This document shows positions 1 through 7,614 of a stretch of 25,553 nucleotides of DNA, one piece after another. Each line of letters starts with the position of its first letter. The first letter of the stretch is position 1. Under the pieces are notes generated by a model that searched no databases, was not told where the DNA came from, and saw only the letters and a list, made by a program, of their open reading frames with translations. The position numbers and the translations under genes are program-made. This DNA is from a virus (taxonomy: Duplodnaviria; Caudoviricetes), in IMG/VR virus record IMGVR_UViG_3300033514_000010, positions 1 to 25,553 of that record; one strand, written 5' to 3'.

Positions 1-168
1 CGGCATCTGCGACAGTATGCGATTAGCTATGTCTAGTGTCCTATCGGTCGAGCCCGTGTCCACAAACACCACATGATCAACTGATGGCACAAATGACTCT
101 AAGCACGCTGGTAGATCAATCTCTTCGTTTTTTGCTATTAGGCATAAGCCTAGTCGGTTTTGGGCCAT
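1..168 (-). CDS. Family 2 glycosyltransferase, N-terminal part (runs off the left edge; not in the ORF track)
   Basis: Manual translation from ATG at 168: MAQNRLGLCLIAKNEEIDLPACLESFVPSVDHVVFVDTGSTDRTLDIANRILSQMP. This has the GT-A/GT2 N-terminal motifs CxIxKNEE..L..CL.S and VDTGSTD.T. A GGAG RBS lies upstream (atcGGAGtcatcATG). Confidence 0.9.
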   Translation of the reverse strand, partial: MAQNRLGLCLIAKNEEIDLPACLESFVPSVDHVVFVDTGSTDRTLDIANRILSQMP

Positions 169-427
169 GATGACTCCGATGGTAAGGGTATTTCGATGTG
201 ATATCAAACGCAGGCACAGTCAGACCCATGCGACTCATGGTGTATAGATATCCCTGCATAGCCTTATAAGATATTTCAAGACGTCTAGCGCAATGTGTTC
301 TGTTACCCCTACATCGTCTCAGCGTCTCGTAAATCCATAGCATCTTTATCTCATGTAGAGTAAATGGTACGTCAAGCGTCTCAAAATATTCTGCGAGTTT
401 AAAAATGTGTTCAGTTTTTTGTTCCAT
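116..427 (-). CDS. Fis/NtrC-type helix-turn-helix DNA-binding protein
   Basis: TLHEIKMLWIYETLRRCRGNRTHCARRLEISYKAM matches the Fis/HTH_8 pattern L.E.E...I..AL....GN.T.AA..LGIS..TL. Its 3' end overlaps the GT2 start by 53 nt. Confidence 0.75.
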   Translation of the reverse strand: MEQKTEHIFKLAEYFETLDVPFTLHEIKMLWIYETLRRCRGNRTHCARRLEISYKAMQGYLYTMSRMGLTVPAFDITSKYPYHRSHHGPKPTRLMPNSKKRRD

Positions 428-433
428 ACCGAT

Positions 434-462
434 AGAGTGTTTTTACTAGGCAAAATTGTCAA
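434..462 (-). promoter_or_regulatory. Putative sigma70-type promoter for the HTH-GT2 unit
   Basis: Minus strand reads TTGACA (462-457), a 17-nt spacer, CACTCT (439-434), then 6 nt to the ATG at 427. The -35 is perfect and the -10 is weak. Confidence 0.5.
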
Positions 463-503
463 TATAAATTATCATGACTTTATAAATTAAAAACGAGGAC
501 CAA

Positions 504-1025
504 ATGATAATCGAAAAAGTTAAGATATCGACACTCATAAATGATCCTAATAATGCTCGAAAGCATGACGCTAAGAACATCATGGCTATCAAGGGATCGC
601 TAGCCAAATTCGGTCAACAAAAGCCTATTGTCGTCAATGACAAAAATATCGTGATAGCTGGCAACGGAACACTACAGGCAGCATCCGAGATGGGCTGGAC
701 AGAGATCAACATCGTAAGGAGTGATCTCGACGGTTTTGATGCGACCGCATACGCTCTGGCAGACAACCGTACTAGTGAGCTAGCAGAATGGAATAGTGAT
801 GTCTTAAATACAACCCTCGAGGCGCTTAAATCCGTAAACTTCGATCTACCTAACATCGGTTTTGATATAGACGATTTTAAAGAAAAGGATAAACACAACA
901 TAGAAGATACCGAGCTACCAGCACAAAAATATGAGCTCATAGTCACAACAAGAAATGAACGAGAGCAAAAAGATCTTTTCGAGGAATTATCAGAAAGGTC
1001 ATTCCAATGCGTGATTTTACAGTAA
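504..1025 (+). CDS. ParB/Srx-like N-terminal domain protein
   Basis: PNNARKH..., SLAKFGQQKPIVV, IAGNGTLQAA and YALADNRTSELAEW are typical of phage ParB-N proteins. GAGG RBS upstream; located just ahead of the terminase. Confidence 0.88.
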   Translation: MIIEKVKISTLINDPNNARKHDAKNIMAIKGSLAKFGQQKPIVVNDKNIVIAGNGTLQAASEMGWTEINIVRSDLDGFDATAYALADNRTSELAEWNSDVLNTTLEALKSVNFDLPNIGFDIDDFKEKDKHNIEDTELPAQKYELIVTTRNEREQKDLFEELSERSFQCVILQ

Positions 1026-2098
1026 ACTTAAACTGTGATATTCCGAAAACATTCCTGACCATAAAAGCAGCACAGAGTCAGGACATAAATATCGATGAGA
1101 AGTCGGAGCACGTTAAAAAAATATCTGCCGATATAGACTCCGACTACAACATCGGATTGATAGTCGGATCTAGTGGATCAGGTAAAACCACGCTAGCTAG
1201 AAAAATGTACGGTGAAAAATTTAAAGAGAATTCTATTATCGACATGTCTAGGCCGATCATCGAACAATTTCCCGTCGATTGGACCTACGATCAAATACAA
1301 TTGTCACTGTGCTCCATAGGACTGTCATCGGTGCCGTGTTGGATTCGACCGGCCTACACTCTGTCCAATGGTCAACGGTTCAGAGCCGAAGTGGCTCTCA
1401 TATGCGCACACAGTAAAGACGACACTATAATAATCGATGAATGGACCAGCGTTGTCGATAGAGTAGTCGGCAAAATAATGTCTCACTCTGTCCAAAAATT
1501 CGCACGAAAATTCAATAAGAAAATAGTGCTAATGTCGTGTCACTACGATGTCATTGATTGGCTATTGCCCGATTGGATCATTGATTGCAATAAAGACACA
1601 TTTGAAGATCGGAGGTCACTTCAACAATCGAGAAAAGAGACCATCACAATCGACATCAGAGAGATCGACGGATCATCGTGGAAGGTATTTTCTAAGTATC
1701 ATTATTTAAGCAAAAGACTACCGGGCGGTAAACTCTGGTTTTTTGCACCATTCATCGGAGACGAACAAATCGGATTTCAGTGCTTCGCTAGATATGTTCC
1801 TGATAAGCAGTATATACTACACTCTAACAGGACGGTGATACATCCGGACTATTGCGGAATGGGACTAGGCATGAAGCTAGACGATGCAACGTGCCAAATA
1901 ATGAAGGATCGAGGCTTTAAAATCTACGGAAAATTTAGCTCCATTCCGACATTAAAGGCTATGCAAAAAAATCCTAAATGGTCACTGAGAAATTTCGACA
2001 TAAAGACGGGCGGTGGATTTAACGGATGCTGCCGCAATAAACGGAGCGCAACATTAAGAGAAAAAGTTAGATGGTATTCATTCGAGTATATAGGCTAA
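1007..2098 (+). CDS. ABC-type ATPase fused to a GNAT acetyltransferase domain
   Basis: Walker A GSSGSGKT, signature LSNGQ, Walker B IIIDE, D-loop TSVVD and H-loop SCH. C-terminal GNAT motif A RTVIHPDYCGMGLG. No transmembrane partner nearby. Confidence 0.85.
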   Translation: MRDFTVNLNCDIPKTFLTIKAAQSQDINIDEKSEHVKKISADIDSDYNIGLIVGSSGSGKTTLARKMYGEKFKENSIIDMSRPIIEQFPVDWTYDQIQLSLCSIGLSSVPCWIRPAYTLSNGQRFRAEVALICAHSKDDTIIIDEWTSVVDRVVGKIMSHSVQKFARKFNKKIVLMSCHYDVIDWLLPDWIIDCNKDTFEDRRSLQQSRKETITIDIREIDGSSWKVFSKYHYLSKRLPGGKLWFFAPFIGDEQIGFQCFARYVPDKQYILHSNRTVIHPDYCGMGLGMKLDDATCQIMKDRGFKIYGKFSSIPTLKAMQKNPKWSLRNFDIKTGGGFNGCCRNKRSATLREKVRWYSFEYIG

Positions 2099-2134
2099 AA
2101 TAACAGCATAAAATAACTGTGAAGAACAATCATT

Positions 2135-2536
2135 ATGGCTAAAGGTAAATTAACAGGATCGAGACCATTCGCAAAAGGTGACCCGAGAATAAATCGAAAA
2201 GGTGCTCCGAAGGTGCCTCAAGATTTAAAACTCTTGAATCAAGAGTTGAAAGTCGACGCACTGAAGCACCTATATGCCTACTGGTTTATGAAGGTCAAAA
2301 CGTATCAGGACACGATGAAGGATACCGACCACATGACCATGGGCGAGCGTATGATCGGCGCTGCGTATGGTAAAGCTGCAAAAGATGGTAACTTAGCTTA
2401 TGTCGAGGCAATCTTAAATCGCATCCTTGGCAAACCAGCAAATAGCGATCCTCAGACGTTGACCATCTCGACAGATAAAGGTCCTAACGTCATCCTATCT
2501 CTGGAAGGTAATACTAAGAAGAAAGAGAAGGAATGA
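2135..2536 (+). CDS. terS: Terminase small subunit (DUF5681-like N-terminus)
   Basis: N-terminal PFAKGDPRINRKGAPK resembles the F.KG.SGNP.GRPK motif; AAKDGNLAYVEAILNRILGKP; position upstream of terL. Confidence 0.7.
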   Translation: MAKGKLTGSRPFAKGDPRINRKGAPKVPQDLKLLNQELKVDALKHLYAYWFMKVKTYQDTMKDTDHMTMGERMIGAAYGKAAKDGNLAYVEAILNRILGKPANSDPQTLTISTDKGPNVILSLEGNTKKKEKE

Positions 2537-2910
2537 GTTTTCTATATAATATTGTAGATGAGCATCCATTCTCTGATAAAAATGCTCCGTATTTGATTTA
2601 TGTGATAATAAATAAAATTAACGGTAAAAAATATATAGGATCGACGACTAGAGGAATAAAACAACGGTGGAAGGAACATAAGAAAGATGCCAGAAAAAAA
2701 CAAATTATGGATATCTCAAAAGCCATAGCAAAATACGGACACGATAATTTTGATATTAAAGTTATTATGGAGTGTTGGAATTTGGATCATATGAATTCAT
2801 ACGAAAAGTTCTTTATAAAAGAATTTGATTCAATGAATTACGAAAAAGGATACAACAGGCATATTGGCGGAGAAAATAAAGGAAGTTTAATAGTAGACAA
2901 AAATGAATGA
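2533..2910 (+). CDS. GIY-YIG endonuclease (free-standing, homing endonuclease-like)
   Basis: LIYVIINKINGKKYIGST, RWKEH, AIAKYG.DNF, E..FI and GYN motifs. Visibly more AT-rich than the flanks; overlaps both terS and terL. Confidence 0.9.
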   Translation: MSFLYNIVDEHPFSDKNAPYLIYVIINKINGKKYIGSTTRGIKQRWKEHKKDARKKQIMDISKAIAKYGHDNFDIKVIMECWNLDHMNSYEKFFIKEFDSMNYEKGYNRHIGGENKGSLIVDKNE

Positions 2911-4108
2911 AGACATCGAGATAAAGATACCAGACATCTTCCAGAGCCTACATGAGTTAGCTCGATACCACGTTTATTATGGTGGTCGTGGAAGCGGTAA
3001 GAGCCACACAGTCGCACGTTATCTCATCTGCTCAGCACTAGCATCACCTATCAAGATACTATGCACCAGAGAGCTCCAAAACAGTATCGTGGAGTCAGTG
3101 CATACGCTGCTATCTGATATCATCAGGCAGTATGGACTACATCAATGGTTTATCATCAAGAACGCATCAATCGAGGCCTACAACGGCTCGGTGTTTATCT
3201 TCAAGGGTCTGGCACACAACATCGATTCCGTAAAGTCAACCGAGGGCGTCGATATTTGCTGGGTCGAGGAAGCTGATAAAGTATGCCAAAAGTCATGGGA
3301 CATCCTCATTCCGACCATCCGAAAACCTAATAGTCGATTTATCATCACATTCAACCCTACACATGATGATGATCCTGTTTACGATATGTTCGTTAAAATA
3401 GGACAACCGGACAGTATAACACAACTCGTCAACTATCACGATAATCCTCATTTTCCCGATGTTTTGAATAAAGAAATGGAACACATGAAGTCGGTGGACT
3501 ATGAGAAATATCTCCACGTCTGGGAAGGCGAGTTAAGGACCGTAAGTGACGCCCAAGTGTTTAAAGGTAAGTACACAATCGAGGAGTTTTCGAGTGAAGG
3601 AATCGACGCATTTTATTACGGAATGGACTTCGGTTTTTCAAAAGATCCAACAACAATTATCAGGTGCTTCATCATTGGCCAGAATCTCTATATCGATCGT
3701 GAAGAGTACGGACACCATGTCGAGATACCTGACATCGTCCCCATGATCCGCCACATTCAGGCAGGAACAGAGTCATATCGGTGGAAGATAAAGGCCGATT
3801 GTGCTAGACCTGAGACAATCTCATATTTAGCGAATCTGAATTACAACGTGGTCGGTGCCAAAAAATGGTCGGGCAGCGTTGAGGATGGTATTGAATATCT
3901 GCGCTCTTTCAAGAAAATAATTGTGCATCCTAGATGTACGAACACAGCCGTTGAATTCCGCCGATATACTTATAAAATAGATAAACGAACAAATGATATC
4001 CTGCCGATTGTGAATGACGACTATAATCATTGTATCGATGCGATTAGATATGCTCTTGATGACCTAATAAAACATAACGTGACTATATACGATAATGGCG
4101 TATTATAG
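2903..4108 (+). CDS. terL: Terminase large subunit, PBSX/SPP1-like
   Basis: Walker A YGGRGSGKS, Walker B CWVEEA, TFNP coupling motif, nuclease motifs GMDFGFSKDP and NHCIDAIRYA. Confidence 0.97.
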   Translation: MNEDIEIKIPDIFQSLHELARYHVYYGGRGSGKSHTVARYLICSALASPIKILCTRELQNSIVESVHTLLSDIIRQYGLHQWFIIKNASIEAYNGSVFIFKGLAHNIDSVKSTEGVDICWVEEADKVCQKSWDILIPTIRKPNSRFIITFNPTHDDDPVYDMFVKIGQPDSITQLVNYHDNPHFPDVLNKEMEHMKSVDYEKYLHVWEGELRTVSDAQVFKGKYTIEEFSSEGIDAFYYGMDFGFSKDPTTIIRCFIIGQNLYIDREEYGHHVEIPDIVPMIRHIQAGTESYRWKIKADCARPETISYLANLNYNVVGAKKWSGSVEDGIEYLRSFKKIIVHPRCTNTAVEFRRYTYKIDKRTNDILPIVNDDYNHCIDAIRYALDDLIKHNVTIYDNGVL

Positions 4109-4135
4109 TAATTGAACAAATAAACGGAGATCACC

Positions 4136-5473
4136 ATGGATCGAAATGATAATGCCTTGCTCGACTTTACCAGCGCACTAGGGCCAGAGCTATCCTCGAC
4201 TAATGCGATGGCCTACAATAAACGCTACGGCATGATAACACTAAACCGAGCATTGCTATCCTCGACATATACCGAGGAGGGCATTATTCAGGTCCTCATC
4301 GAACAGCCGGTTGACGATGCTTTTCGAGGCGGAATAACGATCGCATGTGATGAGCTCGACGCTGACGACATCAAGTTATTGCAGGATGAGATCGAGAATC
4401 TAGACGTGATAAAAACCTATTCGCAGGCTCTAAAGTGGATGCGTCTGTATGGCGGTGCTGGTATCATCATAAATGTCGGTCAGGATCTAGCAAAACCGTT
4501 CAACATCGAACGCATCAATGAAAAAACGCCACTGACATTCCATGCTGTCGATCGGTGGGAGCTCTCGTACTCGCCCGATGGTTTTGGCATGATCGATCAG
4601 TTATATAATCCGACGACCGACCATCCTTACAACTACTACGGACATGTGATTGAAAAATCGAATGTGATAAAACTCATGGGTAAAGAGGCACCGTCACTCC
4701 TGCGCGGTCAATTCATGGGATGGGGCATGTCGGAGCTCGAGAAGATCGTCCGGTCGTTCAATCAATATCTAAAACATCAAAATGTGACCTACGAGCTACT
4801 TGATGAGGCGAAAGTCGATGTGTTTTCAATTACCGGATTTAATTCAGCTATTTCGACAAAACAAGGTGCTCAAAAAACTGCCGAGCGCATCCAAATGGCG
4901 AGTCAAATAAAAAACTATCAGAACGCTCTAGTGATCGATTCCGAGGATAAACATGAAGCTAAACAGATAGCATTTTCTGGACTAGCTGAGATCCTGACAC
5001 AGATCCGCATCGGCCTAGCTTGTGACCTACGCATGCCTATGACCAAACTTTTCGGAATCTCTCCGAGTGGTCTGAACGCATCAGGCGACGAAGAAATCGA
5101 AAACTACAACTCCATGGTCGAGACCGAGATTAGGTCGAAAGTCAAGGGCGGCATCAAGTTGATGCTAAACGTACTATGTCAAAAACTATTCCAGCATGTT
5201 CCTGAAAAGATATCGTTCGAGTTTAAACCACTCCGAGAACAGTCAGCGCAACAAATGAGCATGATAAAAACCGAATCTCTCAATCGGATCATATCGGCAT
5301 TTGGTCAAGGCATCATGACTAGTAAAACGGCAGTCGAGTCGATCAATGCTGATCATATATTCGGTGTGGATCTATCCGAGAGCGAGGCAATGTCTTTAGA
5401 GGACGTTGTCAATCTAACTGGTGAGGATGTCACAGGTGACGTTAAAACAGTCGGCAGGACGGGAAAAGTTTAA
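4136..5473 (+). CDS. Portal protein (DUF1073-like)
   Basis: Directly follows terL; 445 aa; WMRLYGGAGIII and MPMTKLFGISPSGLNASGDEEIENY motifs; GGAG RBS. Confidence 0.9.
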   Translation: MDRNDNALLDFTSALGPELSSTNAMAYNKRYGMITLNRALLSSTYTEEGIIQVLIEQPVDDAFRGGITIACDELDADDIKLLQDEIENLDVIKTYSQALKWMRLYGGAGIIINVGQDLAKPFNIERINEKTPLTFHAVDRWELSYSPDGFGMIDQLYNPTTDHPYNYYGHVIEKSNVIKLMGKEAPSLLRGQFMGWGMSELEKIVRSFNQYLKHQNVTYELLDEAKVDVFSITGFNSAISTKQGAQKTAERIQMASQIKNYQNALVIDSEDKHEAKQIAFSGLAEILTQIRIGLACDLRMPMTKLFGISPSGLNASGDEEIENYNSMVETEIRSKVKGGIKLMLNVLCQKLFQHVPEKISFEFKPLREQSAQQMSMIKTESLNRIISAFGQGIMTSKTAVESINADHIFGVDLSESEAMSLEDVVNLTGEDVTGDVKTVGRTGKV

Positions 5474-6501
5474 TGGGCAGAGCGTTTATTAGGCCTATCA
5501 TTTATAAGGACAATTGGCATAGCGCACTAGCCAAATCGATTATTGCTATGCTCATAGCGTCGATATTCAAGCCACTAGATAAGGCCACTAGAGAGTCGTC
5601 TCTACATGCCAATGCTAAGACTACACCGCTTGAAAAGGCTCTCAGAGATGGCTCTGTTCAATTCACACGGGGTGCTTTTCGAGGCAAAATAAACGCTGCG
5701 ATATCGAAAGAGATAAAGTCGTTAGGCGGTAAATTTTGGAAAGGTGCGTGGCGCTTCGTGTCTCCACAACTGCCGACTAATCTACAGCAGGCGATAAATG
5801 ATAACAAAAAAGCGACCGAACAGCTTGAAAAGAACGTAAATGAAGCATTTGATGAGATGCCAAAAAACATCACTAAAATGATCAAGAACATGGACATCGA
5901 ATCTCTCGGAGTCGCAACACTAGACAGATATTCGGTAGAGTTTAAAGAGGTCCTGAATAGGTCTCTGGCCATCATGCCTAAGCAGACACGAAACGAGAAA
6001 ATTCGACTTCGTAAAGAGTATTTGGATACTAAGGATAAGCCGATAAAGAAGGACCGGAGCAAACTATTTGCTAATAGAGTCGGAGATAACAGTAAGGATC
6101 TAGCTTTTGAGACGGTAGCACAACTGAGAAGAGATACCAAAAAACTTATATTTGGCGGTAGATGTCGAGAGGATATTAGAGACTTCATAAAAAACAGACT
6201 ACAGATAAGTGAGACACGGGCAAAATTTATCGCACGTCAAGAGACGGCACTATTAACAGTAGAATTCCAAAAACTTCAGTATGAAGAGATCGGTGTCGAA
6301 AAATACGAATGGATGACGGTCGGTGATCATATAGTACGAGGCTACGAGCCCGATGATAAGGCAGATCATAAGTCACTAGACGGTGAAATATTTTCGTGGG
6401 ATAATCCCCCTAGTGCCCGTCATTTTTCGACTAAAACACCTTGTCATCCGGGCGAGGATTATAACTGCCGTTGTCAGGCTAAACCGATCGTGGAGTGGTA
6501 A
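5473..6501 (+). CDS. Head morphogenesis protein (SPP1 gp7 / Mu gpF family)
   Basis: RAKFIARQET, YEWMTVGDHIVR, H..LDGEIFSWDNPP and C-terminal HPGEDYNCRC. Confidence 0.92.
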   Translation: MGRAFIRPIIYKDNWHSALAKSIIAMLIASIFKPLDKATRESSLHANAKTTPLEKALRDGSVQFTRGAFRGKINAAISKEIKSLGGKFWKGAWRFVSPQLPTNLQQAINDNKKATEQLEKNVNEAFDEMPKNITKMIKNMDIESLGVATLDRYSVEFKEVLNRSLAIMPKQTRNEKIRLRKEYLDTKDKPIKKDRSKLFANRVGDNSKDLAFETVAQLRRDTKKLIFGGRCREDIRDFIKNRLQISETRAKFIARQETALLTVEFQKLQYEEIGVEKYEWMTVGDHIVRGYEPDDKADHKSLDGEIFSWDNPPSARHFSTKTPCHPGEDYNCRCQAKPIVEW

Positions 6502-6504
6502 TAT

Positions 6505-7596
6505 ATGAGTGACGTTTTAGCTATCGGTAAAGTGATCAAGATGCCGTGTATGCGGTCGGGCGTGTGTAAATACACGAACGAGAATATACTGGTGACAAAA
6601 TCGGCTCTCGATCAAATGAAGCAGAGCGCAATCGGTATTCCGGTGATCATCGAGCATCCGAATGAAAAGATAACCGACGAATCAATTAAGACGATGCCAG
6701 TGGTCGGACGTGTCGCCGACTTACATTATATTGAGTCAGAAGAATTGTGGTATGCACACTTCGTTGTCGATACTGCCGAGGCGGTCTCTCTGCTCGAAAA
6801 TGGTCACGGTGTGTCTACTGCATGGTACGGTGAAAAATACGGTGAAAGCGGCACATTTAACAACTCTCCATTTGATAGAGAATTGATCGAAGGACGGTAT
6901 GAGCATCTAGCGATTGTGGCTACTCCGAGATATGAGATGGCGATAAATCCTATTTTCATGAATTCAAAAGGTGGACATTCTGGACCATCTGGGGATAAAC
7001 TATTAATTGAAAAACCACAGGAGAGTATTAGCATGTTGGGAAAAATCTTTAAAAAACTTACTTCGCGTGAAGAGATCATGGTCAACTCCAATGAACAATA
7101 TGTCGTTGACGTTGACGGTAAAGAGATCGACTTGAAAGACGCTATCGATGCTATGTCGGAGCCTAAATTGAATGGTGAGACGCTGGTCGATATCGACGGT
7201 GAGAAGATATCTCTTAACAGCCTTATTGAGTCATACAAAAATGCTAAGGCAGCTAAGAAAAACGAAGACGAAAAGAAAGACGAAGACGAAGACGAGGACG
7301 ATAAAGGCGAGAAAAAACAGGCTAAGAAAAACGAAGACGAAAAGAAAGACGAAGACGAAGACGAGGACGATAAAGGCGAGAAAAAACAGGCTAAGAAAAA
7401 TATGGACGATAAAGAAGCTGAGGATAAAGAATCAGCTAAGAAAAATGAGGCCGAAGAAGAGGCCTTGACCAACGCTAGGCACCGAGAGCTCGAAGAGGCT
7501 CACATAAATAGTGCTAAAGAAAGTAATTCGTCTGAACAAATGAGTCTTCACGATCGGGTCCAGTTGGGTCTAAATCGTTATGGCAGCAAAAAATAA
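6505..7596 (+). CDS. Prohead protease/scaffold protein (DUF2213-like)
   Basis: N-terminal domain with GIPVIIEHP, VVGRV, GVSTAW and YEHLAIVATPRY; charged low-complexity C-terminal half; lies between the gpF-like and cement/capsid genes. Confidence 0.8.
   Translation: MSDVLAIGKVIKMPCMRSGVCKYTNENILVTKSALDQMKQSAIGIPVIIEHPNEKITDESIKTMPVVGRVADLHYIESEELWYAHFVVDTAEAVSLLENGHGVSTAWYGEKYGESGTFNNSPFDRELIEGRYEHLAIVATPRYEMAINPIFMNSKGGHSGPSGDKLLIEKPQESISMLGKIFKKLTSREEIMVNSNEQYVVDVDGKEIDLKDAIDAMSEPKLNGETLVDIDGEKISLNSLIESYKNAKAAKKNEDEKKDEDEDEDDKGEKKQAKKNEDEKKDEDEDEDDKGEKKQAKKNMDDKEAEDKESAKKNEAEEEALTNARHRELEEAHINSAKESNSSEQMSLHDRVQLGLNRYGSKK
7033..7596 (+). CDS. Possible nested in-frame scaffold protein from an internal start
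   Basis: AGGAG at 7019-7023, 9 nt before an in-frame ATG at 7033 (MLGKIFKK...), just after a GGHSGPSG linker ending the protease-like domain. Confidence 0.55.
   Translation: MLGKIFKKLTSREEIMVNSNEQYVVDVDGKEIDLKDAIDAMSEPKLNGETLVDIDGEKISLNSLIESYKNAKAAKKNEDEKKDEDEDEDDKGEKKQAKKNEDEKKDEDEDEDDKGEKKQAKKNMDDKEAEDKESAKKNEAEEEALTNARHRELEEAHINSAKESNSSEQMSLHDRVQLGLNRYGSKK
7252..7400 (+). repeat. Perfect 69-bp tandem duplication (AKKNEDEKKDEDEDEDDKGEKKQ x2) plus the start of a third copy
   Basis: 7252-7320 is identical to 7321-7389, followed by gctaagaaaaa. Confidence 0.95.
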
Positions 7597-7614
7597 ACTA
7601 GGGAGAAAAATACA

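Noticed and set aside
456-486. Rightward sigma70 promoter TTGTCA...TATAAA for the late operon
   Set aside because: The best -10 needs a 19-nt spacer and the region is AT-rich, so support is too weak to call.
1007-2098. ABC transporter ATP-binding subunit
   Set aside because: No permease or substrate-binding genes; it is fused to a GNAT domain and embedded in the packaging operon.
2533-2910. Group I intron or intein interrupting the terminase
   Set aside because: terL is intact from 2903 with all motifs, and the endonuclease abuts both neighbours with no room for intron core structure.
4136-5473. Anti-CBASS (Acb1) label sometimes attached to DUF1073-like proteins
   Set aside because: No 2H phosphoesterase HxT/S motif pair or extra domain recognised; size and position fit a plain portal.
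7252-7400. CRISPR-like array
   Set aside because: The repeats are contiguous, in-frame coding duplications without spacers; the same holds for the collagen repeats.
6804-7472. Antisense 222-aa Ser/Phe-rich ORF and the +strand 7172-7468 Lys/Thr/Arg-rich ORF
   Set aside because: Mirror and frame-shifted readings of the purine-rich Lys/Glu/Asp scaffold region.
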